NCBI RefSeq assembly: GCF_001017655.1
Contig: NZ_CP010904.1
Location: 1,350,001-1,382,000, forward strand
Reading direction: 5' to 3'
Length of the DNA stretch: 32,000 nt
Source: Kiritimatiella glycovorans
GTDB lineage: Bacteria > Verrucomicrobiota > Kiritimatiellia > Kiritimatiellales > Kiritimatiellaceae
Shown here one piece after another: positions 23,993 through 32,000 of this stretch. The notes beneath the pieces were generated by a model, which saw only the letters and a list, made by a program, of their open reading frames with translations, was not told the DNA's origin and made no database searches. A program made the position numbers and the translations under genes. Position 1 is the stretch's first letter, and each line of letters begins with the position of its first letter.

Positions 23993-25453
23993 ATGGAGGA
24001 TATGGATCAATTACTCTCGCTGGTTCTGGAGAAGGGCGGGAGCGATCTGCACGTATCCGCAGGCTACCGCCCGTCGCTCCGGATCGACGGGCAGATCGAA
24101 TTTCTGAAGAAGTCTCAGCCCCTTACGGGGGAACAGACGCAGCGCATGATCTACCGGCTTATGTCCGAACGCACGCGCCGCGAATTCGAGGAGCACGCCG
24201 ACACCGACTTCGCCTACGCGCTCGAGGACCTCGGACGTTTCCGCGTGAATGTCTTCCGCGACCTCAACGGGGTCGGCGCGGTCGCGCGACTCATACCCAA
24301 TCGGGTGCCCACCCTGGACGAGCTGGAGATGCCCCGGGTCATTCGCGAGTTCTGCATGTTGAGCAAAGGGCTGGTGATCATCACGGGGCCGACGGGTTCG
24401 GGAAAATCGACGACGCTGGCGGCGATGATCGAGCACATCAACCGCACGCGCCGCGAGCACGTGGTGACGATCGAGGACCCGATCGAGTTTATTCACCGGG
24501 CCCGCGGCTGCCTGATCAATCAGCGCGAGGTGCACGAGCATACCACGTCGTTCGCCAAAGCGCTCCGCGCGGCCCTCCGCGAGGACCCCGACATCGTCCT
24601 CGTGGGAGAGATGCGCGACCTGGAGACCATGGAGACCGCCATTGAGACGGCGGAGACCGGCCACCTGGTGCTTGGCACGCTGCACACCAACACGGCGGCC
24701 GGGACGGTGGACCGGATCATCGACAAGTTTCCCGCCGACCGGCAGAACCAGATCCGGGTCATGCTGGCCGACACGCTCAAGGGCGTGATGGCGCAGACGC
24801 TTTGCCGCTGCGAGGGCGGCGGCCGCACAGCGGCCACCGAGGTTCTGGTGGTCACCTCGGCCGTCTCGGCGAATATCCGCGAGGGCAAGACGCACCAGAT
24901 ACCCTCCGCGATGCAGACGGGCAAGAACGTTGGGATGCACCAGTTCGAGGACACCCTCCTGCAGCTGGTGCTCGACGGGCGTATCTCACCGACCGAGGCC
25001 TATCTGAAATCGATCCAGAAGCTGGCCATCCGTCAGAAACTCGAGCAGCACGGCATTGAGATCCCTCCGCCGGACGACACGCCCTTTGCGGAGGAGGCGG
25101 ACTCGGATGATGAAGCCGAACGCGCCGCTGAAGCGCTGGAGGAGAACCCCGATCAGCCGGACGCGCTCTGCCGCCTCGCATGGGTGCGCGCCACCAGCAC
25201 AGAAGAAAGCAGGCGCGATGGACGCGAGGCGCTGGAACTGGCCTCGCGGGCGCTTTCGTTGAGCGGGGGCCACACTCCGCTCTGCCTGACGGTCATGAGC
25301 GCCGCCTGCGCGGAGCTGGGAAGGTTTGACGACGCCGGTGAATATATTCAGAGCGCGATCAAAAACGCGCGCGAAAAGGGCCAGGAGAACATCGCAGCGG
25401 ATCTCGAGCAATACGCACGCTGCATCGAAAACCGCGAACCCATCCGGGACTGA
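23993..25453 (+). CDS. pilT: PilT-type type IV pilus retraction ATPase with ~135-aa C-terminal TPR-like extension
   Basis: Walker A GPTGSGKSTT, Walker B DPDIVLVGEMRD, His box TGHLVLGTLHTN and a PilT-like ANIREGKTHQI motif. Residues after ~350 are acidic and then helical-repeat-like (DALCRLAWVRAT...AACAELGRFDDAGEYIQSAIKNA). Confidence 0.88.
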   Translation: MEDMDQLLSLVLEKGGSDLHVSAGYRPSLRIDGQIEFLKKSQPLTGEQTQRMIYRLMSERTRREFEEHADTDFAYALEDLGRFRVNVFRDLNGVGAVARLIPNRVPTLDELEMPRVIREFCMLSKGLVIITGPTGSGKSTTLAAMIEHINRTRREHVVTIEDPIEFIHRARGCLINQREVHEHTTSFAKALRAALREDPDIVLVGEMRDLETMETAIETAETGHLVLGTLHTNTAAGTVDRIIDKFPADRQNQIRVMLADTLKGVMAQTLCRCEGGGRTAATEVLVVTSAVSANIREGKTHQIPSAMQTGKNVGMHQFEDTLLQLVLDGRISPTEAYLKSIQKLAIRQKLEQHGIEIPPPDDTPFAEEADSDDEAERAAEALEENPDQPDALCRLAWVRATSTEESRRDGREALELASRALSLSGGHTPLCLTVMSAACAELGRFDDAGEYIQSAIKNAREKGQENIAADLEQYARCIENREPIRD

Positions 25454-25506
25454 GAATCAGAGTGCGAGTCAGAGTCAGAATCAGAGTCAGAGTCAGAGTA
25501 AGAGTG
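25453..25506 (+). repeat. hexanucleotide repeat array, nine units of GA(G/A)T(C/G/A)(A/C)
   Basis: Read directly: GAATCA GAGTGC GAGTCA GAGTCA GAATCA GAGTCA GAGTCA GAGTAA GAGTGA. It starts 2 nt into the pilT stop codon. Confidence 0.95.
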
Positions 25507-25604
25507 AGTGGGAAATCTGGGAATGAAGCCTGAGTAAGAGAGCAAGAGCAAGAAACGCGAGGGTTGCTGGTCTTCATTCCGTCATTTGTTCATACTCCCC
25601 GCTA

Positions 25605-25652
25605 TTACTCTGACTCTAACTCTGACTCTGATTCTGATTCTGATTCTGACTC
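25605..25652 (+). repeat. complementary hexanucleotide array, eight units of T(G/A/T)A(C/T)TC
   Basis: Read directly: TTACTC TGACTC TAACTC TGACTC TGATTC TGATTC TGATTC TGACTC. This is the reverse complement of the 25453-25506 unit type. It ends 6 nt before the lpxD stop. Confidence 0.95.
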
Positions 25653-25658
25653 TACCCC

Positions 25659-26690
25659 TCAGCTCCCTTTCCGCTCCATCGCCTCCAGGCGTTTCTCCAG
25701 ATCCTCGATTTTGCTCTTCAGGTTCGGGAGGCGGTTGACGAGGGCGCGGACCCGGCTGACTTTTTCCATGGGCGCGGCCGGAGAGCCGAAGACGAATGCG
25801 CCGGCATCGATATCCTTGCTCACGCCGGACTGCGCGCCGATGATCGCGTCCTCGCCGATGCGCAGGTGTCCGGCCACGCCCACCTGCCCCGCCAGAATCG
25901 CGCGACTGCCGATATGCGAGCTTCCGGAGATTCCGACCTGGGCCACGATCACCGCATGATCCTCGATGACCACGTTATGCGCGATCTGGACGAGATTATC
26001 GATCTTGACCCCGTTGCCGATGCGGGTCACGCCGAAGCGGGCCCGGTCGACCGTCGTGTTGGAACCGATTTCGACGTCGTCGCCGATCACCACGCGACCG
26101 ATCTGGGGGATCTTAGTGCGAGAACCGTCTTCCTGGACCGCATAGCCGAACCCGTCGCATCCCAGCACCACACCGCTATGGAGAATGACGCGGTCGCCGG
26201 CGGTGACGCATTCTCTGATGACGACCTGCGGGTAGATCAAGCAATCCTCTCCCACCGAGGACCGGAATCCGATATAACTCTGGGCCCCCACCACGGTCCG
26301 GTCGCCCACCCGGGCTTCCGGATCGATGACGGCTCCGGGGCCGATATGCACGTCTTCGCCGAGTTCGGCGTCCCGGGCCACGGTCGCGGTCGGGTGAATC
26401 CCGGGTTCGGGTTTCGGCAGTTCGGGCCGGAATCGTCGTGCGACGCGAGCAAACGCCGCATCCGGGTTCTCCGTTCGCAGCAGCGTGGCCGGACAGGTCC
26501 GGGTCCAGTCGCTTCCCACCACTACGGCACCGGCTTTTGTGGTTTCGGCATCCGCGGCATAGCGCTTATTGGCGATGAACGTGATGTCCCGCGGCCCCGC
26601 TTCGCGGACTCCCGCCACTCCCGTAATCTCGCGTGAACCGTCCCCGTCGATCTCCGCGCCGATCAGTGACGCGATCTCTTCAATCTTCAT
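25659..26690 (-). CDS. lpxD: UDP-3-O-acylglucosamine N-acyltransferase
   Basis: LpxD N-terminal domain (MKIEEIASLIGAEIDGDG...ITGVAGV...ITFIANKRY) is followed by a long left-handed beta-helix hexapeptide region and a C-terminal helix. It lies downstream of skp and bamA. The ATG at 26690 overlaps the end of skp by 11 nt. Confidence 0.92.
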   Translation of the reverse strand: MKIEEIASLIGAEIDGDGSREITGVAGVREAGPRDITFIANKRYAADAETTKAGAVVVGSDWTRTCPATLLRTENPDAAFARVARRFRPELPKPEPGIHPTATVARDAELGEDVHIGPGAVIDPEARVGDRTVVGAQSYIGFRSSVGEDCLIYPQVVIRECVTAGDRVILHSGVVLGCDGFGYAVQEDGSRTKIPQIGRVVIGDDVEIGSNTTVDRARFGVTRIGNGVKIDNLVQIAHNVVIEDHAVIVAQVGISGSSHIGSRAILAGQVGVAGHLRIGEDAIIGAQSGVSKDIDAGAFVFGSPAAPMEKVSRVRALVNRLPNLKSKIEDLEKRLEAMERKGS

Positions 26691-27297
26691 CGTCGTTTTC
26701 GTCCTCTTCGTCTTCCGGCCGGCTCTTATTGAGGATGCTGAGGACATCCGCTGTGATCTCCGCATCGTCGTCGTGATACATCACCGTGCCGAAGCCGCCT
26801 CCGCTGCCGATCCGGTTGAAATTCAGGACCGCGCGGTAGCCCTTCAGCTCCGCCCGGTCACGGATGGCCTCGTTCACTTCCGCGAGAATGCGCTGACGCA
26901 TCCTCTGCTTCTGATTCTGGAATTGTTTATTGTGACGCTGTTCGAATTCGTTGATACGGCTGCGCTGCTCCTGGAGTTCCACCAGCTTTTCCTCCGCCTC
27001 CGCACGCTTTGCATCGCGCACTTCTTCGCTCAACGTCTCGTCTTTGGCCTCCTCGCGGAGTTTCTCGAATTCATTCTGAAGCCGCTCGAAGGTATCGACC
27101 ATCCCCTGGGCCTGATCCTTGACCTCGCCGATCTGGGCCTTGAGCTGGGTGTCGGCGAGCTTGGTCTTGTAGTAATCGTTAAAGACCTTGGCGAGATCGA
27201 TGAACACGATCTCTTCCGCCGCAAAGACCGAATGTGCCGCGACCAGTCCGAGAATGGCGGCGAGGAACCCCGTCTTTCTGCTGCATGCCCGTATCAT
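26680..27297 (-). CDS. skp: OmpH/Skp-family periplasmic chaperone
   Basis: Signal peptide, then a coiled-coil-rich region (LQNEFEKLREEAKDETLSEEVRDAKRAEAEEKLVELQEQ) typical of Skp. It sits in the canonical position between bamA and lpxD. The acidic tail is EDEEDENDDED. Confidence 0.85.
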   Translation of the reverse strand: MIRACSRKTGFLAAILGLVAAHSVFAAEEIVFIDLAKVFNDYYKTKLADTQLKAQIGEVKDQAQGMVDTFERLQNEFEKLREEAKDETLSEEVRDAKRAEAEEKLVELQEQRSRINEFEQRHNKQFQNQKQRMRQRILAEVNEAIRDRAELKGYRAVLNFNRIGSGGGFGTVMYHDDDAEITADVLSILNKSRPEDEEDENDDED

Positions 27298-27329
27298 GGA
27301 TCTTCTCCCGTGCTGGGGCCCACCGCGCG

Positions 27330-29603
27330 CTAGAAGGTGTAGCCCAGGTTGAAATTGAATTGCGCCCCTTCATCCGCATCGCCTTCACTCTGCAGCGGCC
27401 AGGCGTAGTCGATCTGCAGCGGGAACCCGCGCATATCAAACCGAAGTCCGACGCCGTAGTCGGAGTGCAGTCCGTCGAAATTCGGATCGAACGCGTCCAC
27501 CGACACGAAACCGATATCATAGAACGTCGCCGCACGCACTTTTTTCCAAACCGGCGCGGTGTATTCCGCCGTGGCGTACAGGCTGGTCTTACCGCCGATG
27601 GGCTCGTCGTTGTCGTCCTTGGGACCGACTTCGCGGAAATCGAACCCGCGCAGATCGCGCGGCCCGCCGAGGAAGAGGCGGTCGAAGACCGGCACGTCAT
27701 CGTCCCCGTAGTTATCGACGAACGCCATTTCGCCGCGCACATTGAACACGTGGTCCCACCACACCGGCCAGTACTGGGATGTGCGACCGCGCAGGCCGTA
27801 GATCTTCACATCGCCGGGACCGGTCAGCGTCGTTTCCGCGATGCTCCGGTTGCCGCGGTGCGGCACGAAATAGTTATCGCGCGTATCGTGAATCAGCGAA
27901 AGGTTCAGACCGCTGCGGAGATAATCCCCCGCCTGGGCCTTGAAGAAATCCGAGGCCCCGGCGGCCACGTCGTCGATCGAGATTTGCTCCAGCGAATACT
28001 GCACTTTGAAGCGGTCGAACGAGGTCAGCGGCTTGGTGAGCGAGACCCGTCCGCCGGTGTTCTGCTGGTCGAATTCGTCGCTGTAATACTGCACCGAGGT
28101 GTGAAACAGGTCGACGCCCAGCGAAAGCCTGCGGTCGAGGAACCACGGTTCGACGAAATTGAGGCGCACGTCCTGACGCTCGGATCCGAGGGCCACGCGC
28201 ATTTTCGCCTTCTGCCCTGCGCCGACCGGCGGCCAGCGGGTTATATCGAAGTTCCCCTGCGAGAGTTCCATGAACCCGACCACGTTTTCCACGCTCGAGA
28301 CCCCGCCGCCGATCATGAACCGCCCGGTGGGCTGCTCCTCGACCTTGAACGTGAGATCGTAGATGCCTTTTTCGTCCGCCGGTTCGGTATGGTCCTCCAC
28401 CGACTTGAAATAGCCGAGGTTCTGGAGGCGCCGCTTGCTGGTCTCGACCTGCTCGCTGTTGTAGACCTCGCCGGGTTCGATTGTCAGTTCGCGCCGGATC
28501 ACCTTGTCCTGCGTCTGGCGGTTGCCGCGAATCCTGATTTCACGAATGTAGGCCTTTTCCCCGGAGTCGATCTCGAAATGGACGTCCACGACCTCGCCCG
28601 ACTCCCGCGGGGTCATCACCGGGTGCACATAGGCGTGGATAAAACCGCGGCGACCGAACATCCCGCGAATCGCCCCCGCGGCGGATTCGATCGCGGACAC
28701 CGAGGCGGGCGCGCCGGAGTGCAGATCCGCGGCCGCGCGCAGTTCCTCCTGCGGGAACAGGCGCGATTCGTCGAACGAAACATCTCCCAGTTCGTAGCGG
28801 GGGCCTTCCTCGACTTTGACCCGGTAGACCGCCTTGCCCCTTTTGTTTACCTCCAGGTCGGGACCGCTGACCTCCGCGTCGAGATAACCGCGATCGTGGT
28901 AGACGCGTCGCACGGCCGCGCGGTCGTGGTCCTCCGCCCCGGCCTTGTAGGTACCGGCGCCGGTAATCCAGGACAGGATCGAGGTGCCCTTCTGCTCCAG
29001 CTCCTTGCGCAACACCTTGTCCTTGACGGCCTCGTTGCCGACGATCTCCACCTGTTTAACGACCAGTTTTTTGCCCTCGTCGACGGCAATCCGGACATCG
29101 ACCGATTCGTCTTCATTCCACTGGAGATCCCAGTCTATGTCCGCGTAGGGATAATGGTGTTTCCGGTAGTGTTCCTTCACCTCGCGAATCCGCGCGGCGA
29201 GCGTCAGGTCGTCGACGAACGCCCCCCGCTCCAGTTCCATCAGGTTCCGGATTTTTCTCGACGTGACCGCCTTCGCCCCTTGCACCTCGATGTCGCGCAC
29301 CCGGGGGCGGCCCTTGACCTGGAAGACCACCCGCCAGTCGGGGCCGACCGGTTCCACGTCCGCGGCCACGTAGGCGAACCGTTCGGCGTCGCGCAGGCGT
29401 CTCACATCTTCCGAAACGGCATGCCGGAGCACGCCCTCGTTCTCGTAGTTCTGCCCCTCTTTCAGGGCGACCACCGTGGTCACGGCGGAAGGTTCCACGC
29501 GGGCCCGGCCCAGGTTTTTCACGTCGAGGTCCTTCACGGTCCCGGCCTGTGTGGCTCCGGACGCGACGATCAGCGCGGCGGCAATCCATCTACTGGCGTT
29601 CAT
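27330..29603 (-). CDS. bamA: outer-membrane protein assembly factor BamA
   Basis: Signal peptide MNASRWIAAALIVASGATQA, POTRA-like repeats and a C-terminal Omp85 barrel ending in NFNLGYTF. The ATG at 29603 is preceded by AAGGAG. Confidence 0.93.
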   Translation of the reverse strand: MNASRWIAAALIVASGATQAGTVKDLDVKNLGRARVEPSAVTTVVALKEGQNYENEGVLRHAVSEDVRRLRDAERFAYVAADVEPVGPDWRVVFQVKGRPRVRDIEVQGAKAVTSRKIRNLMELERGAFVDDLTLAARIREVKEHYRKHHYPYADIDWDLQWNEDESVDVRIAVDEGKKLVVKQVEIVGNEAVKDKVLRKELEQKGTSILSWITGAGTYKAGAEDHDRAAVRRVYHDRGYLDAEVSGPDLEVNKRGKAVYRVKVEEGPRYELGDVSFDESRLFPQEELRAAADLHSGAPASVSAIESAAGAIRGMFGRRGFIHAYVHPVMTPRESGEVVDVHFEIDSGEKAYIREIRIRGNRQTQDKVIRRELTIEPGEVYNSEQVETSKRRLQNLGYFKSVEDHTEPADEKGIYDLTFKVEEQPTGRFMIGGGVSSVENVVGFMELSQGNFDITRWPPVGAGQKAKMRVALGSERQDVRLNFVEPWFLDRRLSLGVDLFHTSVQYYSDEFDQQNTGGRVSLTKPLTSFDRFKVQYSLEQISIDDVAAGASDFFKAQAGDYLRSGLNLSLIHDTRDNYFVPHRGNRSIAETTLTGPGDVKIYGLRGRTSQYWPVWWDHVFNVRGEMAFVDNYGDDDVPVFDRLFLGGPRDLRGFDFREVGPKDDNDEPIGGKTSLYATAEYTAPVWKKVRAATFYDIGFVSVDAFDPNFDGLHSDYGVGLRFDMRGFPLQIDYAWPLQSEGDADEGAQFNFNLGYTF

Positions 29604-29625
29604 GCAGTCTCCTTTGGCTGACTCT

Positions 29626-31008
29626 CTAATATCCCACGGCCTCTTCGGGTTCCTGTTCCGTCCTGTCCTCAAATCGGGTGAATTCACCGTAGAAACTGAG
29701 CCGGACCAGCCCGGTGGGTCCGTTACGGTGTTTCTCGATCGAAAGCTCCGCCAGCGTCTCGTCCTCGCCCTGGTCGTACATCGCCGGCCGGCGCAGCATC
29801 ATGACCACGTCGGCGTCCTGCTCGATCGATCCCGACTCGCGCAGGTCGGACAGTCTCGGTTTGGCCTCGCGGTCGCGGTTCTCCGGCGCACGGCTGAGCT
29901 GGCTGAGCACCAGAACGGGGACGTCGAGTTCCTTGGCCATGGCCTTGAGCGAGCCGGAGATGGCGGCGACCACCTGCTGGCGCCCGTCGCGCGCGTATTT
30001 CGAGTAATTGAGCAGCTGCAGGTAATCGACCACGATCATCTGCACGTCGTACCGCTGTTTCATGCGCCGGGCGCGGGCGCGGAGTTCGAGCGCCTCCAGC
30101 CCGGCCGAATCGTCGATGTAGATCTCCGCTTTCTGGAGCCGGTCCGCCGCGTTCATCAGCTTCCGGTGGTTCTCGCGCGTGATGTTCCCCTCCATCATCG
30201 ACTGCATCCGCACGCGGGCGTTCGAGAAGAGCATGCGCCGGACCAGCTGCTCGCGCGACATTTCGAGGCTGAACACCCCGATCGGACGCGGACTGTGATC
30301 GCGTTTCCCGAGCGCCACATGTTCCGCGATGTTCATCGCCAGCGAGGTCTTACCCATGGACGGACGGGCGGCGAGGATGATCACATCGGTGTTATGAAGC
30401 CCGTACAGCAGCTTGTCGATGTCCTGAAAGCCCGACGAGATGCCGGTGATCGGCTTGCCTTCCGCGTGAATTTTTTCGATCTTTTTCACCGCCTCGCGCA
30501 CGGCCTCGGGCCAGCTCACGATATCGGAGGATTTTTCGGCGCCGAGTTCGAAGAAGGACTGCTCCACCTCGCTCAGTACTTCCGTCGCGTCCTTCTCGGA
30601 ATCGTAACTGGACTCCACCGCCGCGCGGGCGCGGTCGATCATCTCCCGGCGGAGGAACTGCTCCTGCAGGATTTCGATATAGAATTCTGCGTGCGCGGAG
30701 GTCGGGGTGCTGTCGATGAGTTCGACCAGGTAATCCTGGCCGCCGAGCCGGTCCAGTTTCCCGTTCCGGGTGAGGCGGTCCACCACCGTCAGCAGATCGA
30801 CCGCGTTCTCCTCCTCGCCCATCTGCAGGAGTTCCTCGTACAGGTCCCGGTGCTGTCGCGTATAGAACGATTCCGGTCTGACCTGCCGCTCCTGGCAGAG
30901 GGAGATGACGCGCTCCGCGTCGCTCAGAACACAGCCCAGCACCCCCCGTTCCGCTTCCGCGCTGTGCGGTGGCACGCGACGTGAGGCGGTGGAGGAGGTC
31001 TCCGTCAT
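29626..31008 (-). CDS. dnaB: replicative DNA helicase
   Basis: PPHSAEAERGVLGCVL N-terminal motif, Walker A ARPSMGKTSLAMNIA, and LKAMAKELDVPVLVLSQLSR. The ATG at 31008 overlaps the rplI stop (ATGA). The ORF-track start at 31023 is a GTG 5 codons upstream. Confidence 0.93.
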   Translation of the reverse strand: MTETSSTASRRVPPHSAEAERGVLGCVLSDAERVISLCQERQVRPESFYTRQHRDLYEELLQMGEEENAVDLLTVVDRLTRNGKLDRLGGQDYLVELIDSTPTSAHAEFYIEILQEQFLRREMIDRARAAVESSYDSEKDATEVLSEVEQSFFELGAEKSSDIVSWPEAVREAVKKIEKIHAEGKPITGISSGFQDIDKLLYGLHNTDVIILAARPSMGKTSLAMNIAEHVALGKRDHSPRPIGVFSLEMSREQLVRRMLFSNARVRMQSMMEGNITRENHRKLMNAADRLQKAEIYIDDSAGLEALELRARARRMKQRYDVQMIVVDYLQLLNYSKYARDGRQQVVAAISGSLKAMAKELDVPVLVLSQLSRAPENRDREAKPRLSDLRESGSIEQDADVVMMLRRPAMYDQGEDETLAELSIEKHRNGPTGLVRLSFYGEFTRFEDRTEQEPEEAVGY

Positions 31009-31457
31009 TCCTCGACCACCCACACCTTGAGCTTAGGCTGCACTTCGGGGTGAAGGTCGACCGCGACATCGAAGACCCCGAGTTCGCGGATCGGATCCTC
31101 GAGCACGATCTGTTTGCGGTCCAGTTCGATGCCTTTTTCTTCCCGCACCTTGTCGGCGATCAGCTGGGCGTTCACCGAGCCGAACAGCTGACCCTGGTCG
31201 CCCGTCTTCACGAGCACCGTGCAGTCCATGCCGTCGATCTTTTCCGCGAGTTCCCTGGCCGCCTCGAGTTCCTCCCGCATCTGCCGGAGCCGTTCGCGGC
31301 GCTTGTTCTCGATCTGTCGTCTGCGGCCTTCCGTGACCGGAGCGGCCAGTCCGCGGGGCACCAGGTAATTGCGCGCATATCCGTCCGCCACGCGGACGAC
31401 GTCGCCCTCAATCCCGAGGTTCTCGACCCGCTCGAGTAAAATGACTTCTTTCGCCAT
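31005..31457 (-). CDS. rplI: 50S ribosomal protein L9
   Basis: MAKEVILLERVENLGIEGDVVRVADGYARNYLVPRGLA is a canonical L9 N-terminus, and the length is 150 aa. Confidence 0.95.
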   Translation of the reverse strand: MAKEVILLERVENLGIEGDVVRVADGYARNYLVPRGLAAPVTEGRRRQIENKRRERLRQMREELEAARELAEKIDGMDCTVLVKTGDQGQLFGSVNAQLIADKVREEKGIELDRKQIVLEDPIRELGVFDVAVDLHPEVQPKLKVWVVEE

Positions 31458-31483
31458 CAGAGCATTCCTTTCTCAACTCATCT

Positions 31484-31684
31484 TCAGGGCACGAGCCCCA
31501 TGTTCCGCGCACGGCGGATGGCACGCTTCAGCTGGCGCTGCTGCGCCGCCGTCGCTCCGGTGATTCTGCGGGGCGTGATCTTGCCCTCCTCCGTCATGAA
31601 CTTCCGGAGCAGCTCCGCGTCCTTGTAATCGATTTCTTCCACGTTACGCAATTCCTGCGCCATGGCACGTCGTTTAACTGGCAA
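31484..31684 (-). CDS. rpsR: 30S ribosomal protein S18
   Basis: [49 protein letters not shown] is S18-like. A TTG start at 31684 lies 6 nt after AGGAGG. Confidence 0.9.
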   Translation of the reverse strand: MPVKRRAMAQELRNVEEIDYKDAELLRKFMTEEGKITPRRITGATAAQQRQLKRAIRRARNMGLVP

Positions 31685-31715
31685 TGGTGACCTCCTGGAT
31701 TAACCCGCCCTGCCC

Positions 31716-32000
31716 TCAGAACGGAATATCGTCGTCTTCTTCCTGCTGCTGCGCCTGCGGGTTTTCACCCCGCGACTGCCGTCCGCCGTCCTGGGGGGCA
31801 TCTTCGTAACGGGCGTTTCGCGGTCTTCCGAGAAACTGCACCCGATCCGCCCGCACCTTGAGCTTGCTCCGCTTCTCGCCCTGCCGGTTTTCCCACTGAT
31901 CGAGCTGCAGACGGCCCTCGATCAGCACCGGCGATCCCTTGGACAGGTATTCGCCCGACGTTTCCGCCTGGCGCCCCCACACGGTGATATCTACAAAGAC
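31716..32000 (-). CDS. ssb: single-stranded DNA-binding protein, C-terminal part (gene runs off the right edge)
   Basis: The frame stays open to the window edge (VFVDITVWGRQAETSGEYLSKGSPVLIEGRLQ...). It has a Gly/Gln-rich linker and the canonical acidic tip DDDIPF. Confidence 0.9.
   Translation of the reverse strand, partial: VFVDITVWGRQAETSGEYLSKGSPVLIEGRLQLDQWENRQGEKRSKLKVRADRVQFLGRPRNARYEDAPQDGGRQSRGENPQAQQQEEDDDIPF

Noticed and set aside
25453-25652. Possible CRISPR array.
   Set aside because: The repeat period is 6 nt with no spacers, the two arrays are mutually complementary, and no cas genes are present. This is not CRISPR architecture.
25326-25959. Small ORFs crossing the hexamer arrays that translate to SQSQNQSQSQS, SDSDSDSDS or SNSDSDSDSDS peptides (25326-25526 +, 25348-25551 -, 25564-25959 +).
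   Set aside because: The dipeptide repeats are a direct by-product of translating a 6-nt DNA repeat. The ORFs overlap the ends of pilT and lpxD, have no SD/start context, and both strands give similar 'proteins'. I treat them as non-coding repeat arrays.

Overview
High-G+C bacterial chromosome segment from a diderm (BamA, Skp, LpxD present), probably an anaerobe (Rnf complex). PEP-CTERM and LVIVD proteins make me guess a PVC-type lineage, but that is low confidence. About 80% of the window is core housekeeping. On the minus strand: panC' (partial), panB, folK, murB; ilvN-ilvB; a Fic-like gene plus a Na/Pi cotransporter; lpxD-skp-bamA; dnaB-rplI-rpsR-ssb'. On the plus strand: a GYF-domain membrane protein, a SpoU/TrmH methyltransferase, a complete rnfCDGEAB operon preceded by a small Cys-rich RseC-like gene, a CPBP protease and a PilT ATPase with an extra C-terminal domain. 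The accessory part is roughly 14.5-21.8 kb. It holds two lower-G+C genes for secreted proteins (one PEP-CTERM protein with an odd zinc-ribbon tail, one internally duplicated protein), a divergently transcribed 1246-aa LVIVD/TSP3 surface protein, and an IS4-family insertion sequence. I could not identify a clear-cut new multi-gene system such as a defence locus. The most unusual signals are structural. (1) Short-period GA-rich repeats (tetra-, hexa- and heptanucleotide) sit at gene ends and build very long palindromes between convergent genes. (2) The IS, with an intact 9-bp target duplication, sits in the loop of one such palindrome. (3) A 143-bp MITE-like element with inverted termini and a 10-bp duplication is nested in frame inside the transposase gene. 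(4) One PEP-CTERM protein continues for 70 aa past its sorting signal into a CxxC...CxxC tail. All calls come from reading the translations and the DNA by eye; no database search was run. Start codons were refined from ATG/SD context and are less certain than stops.
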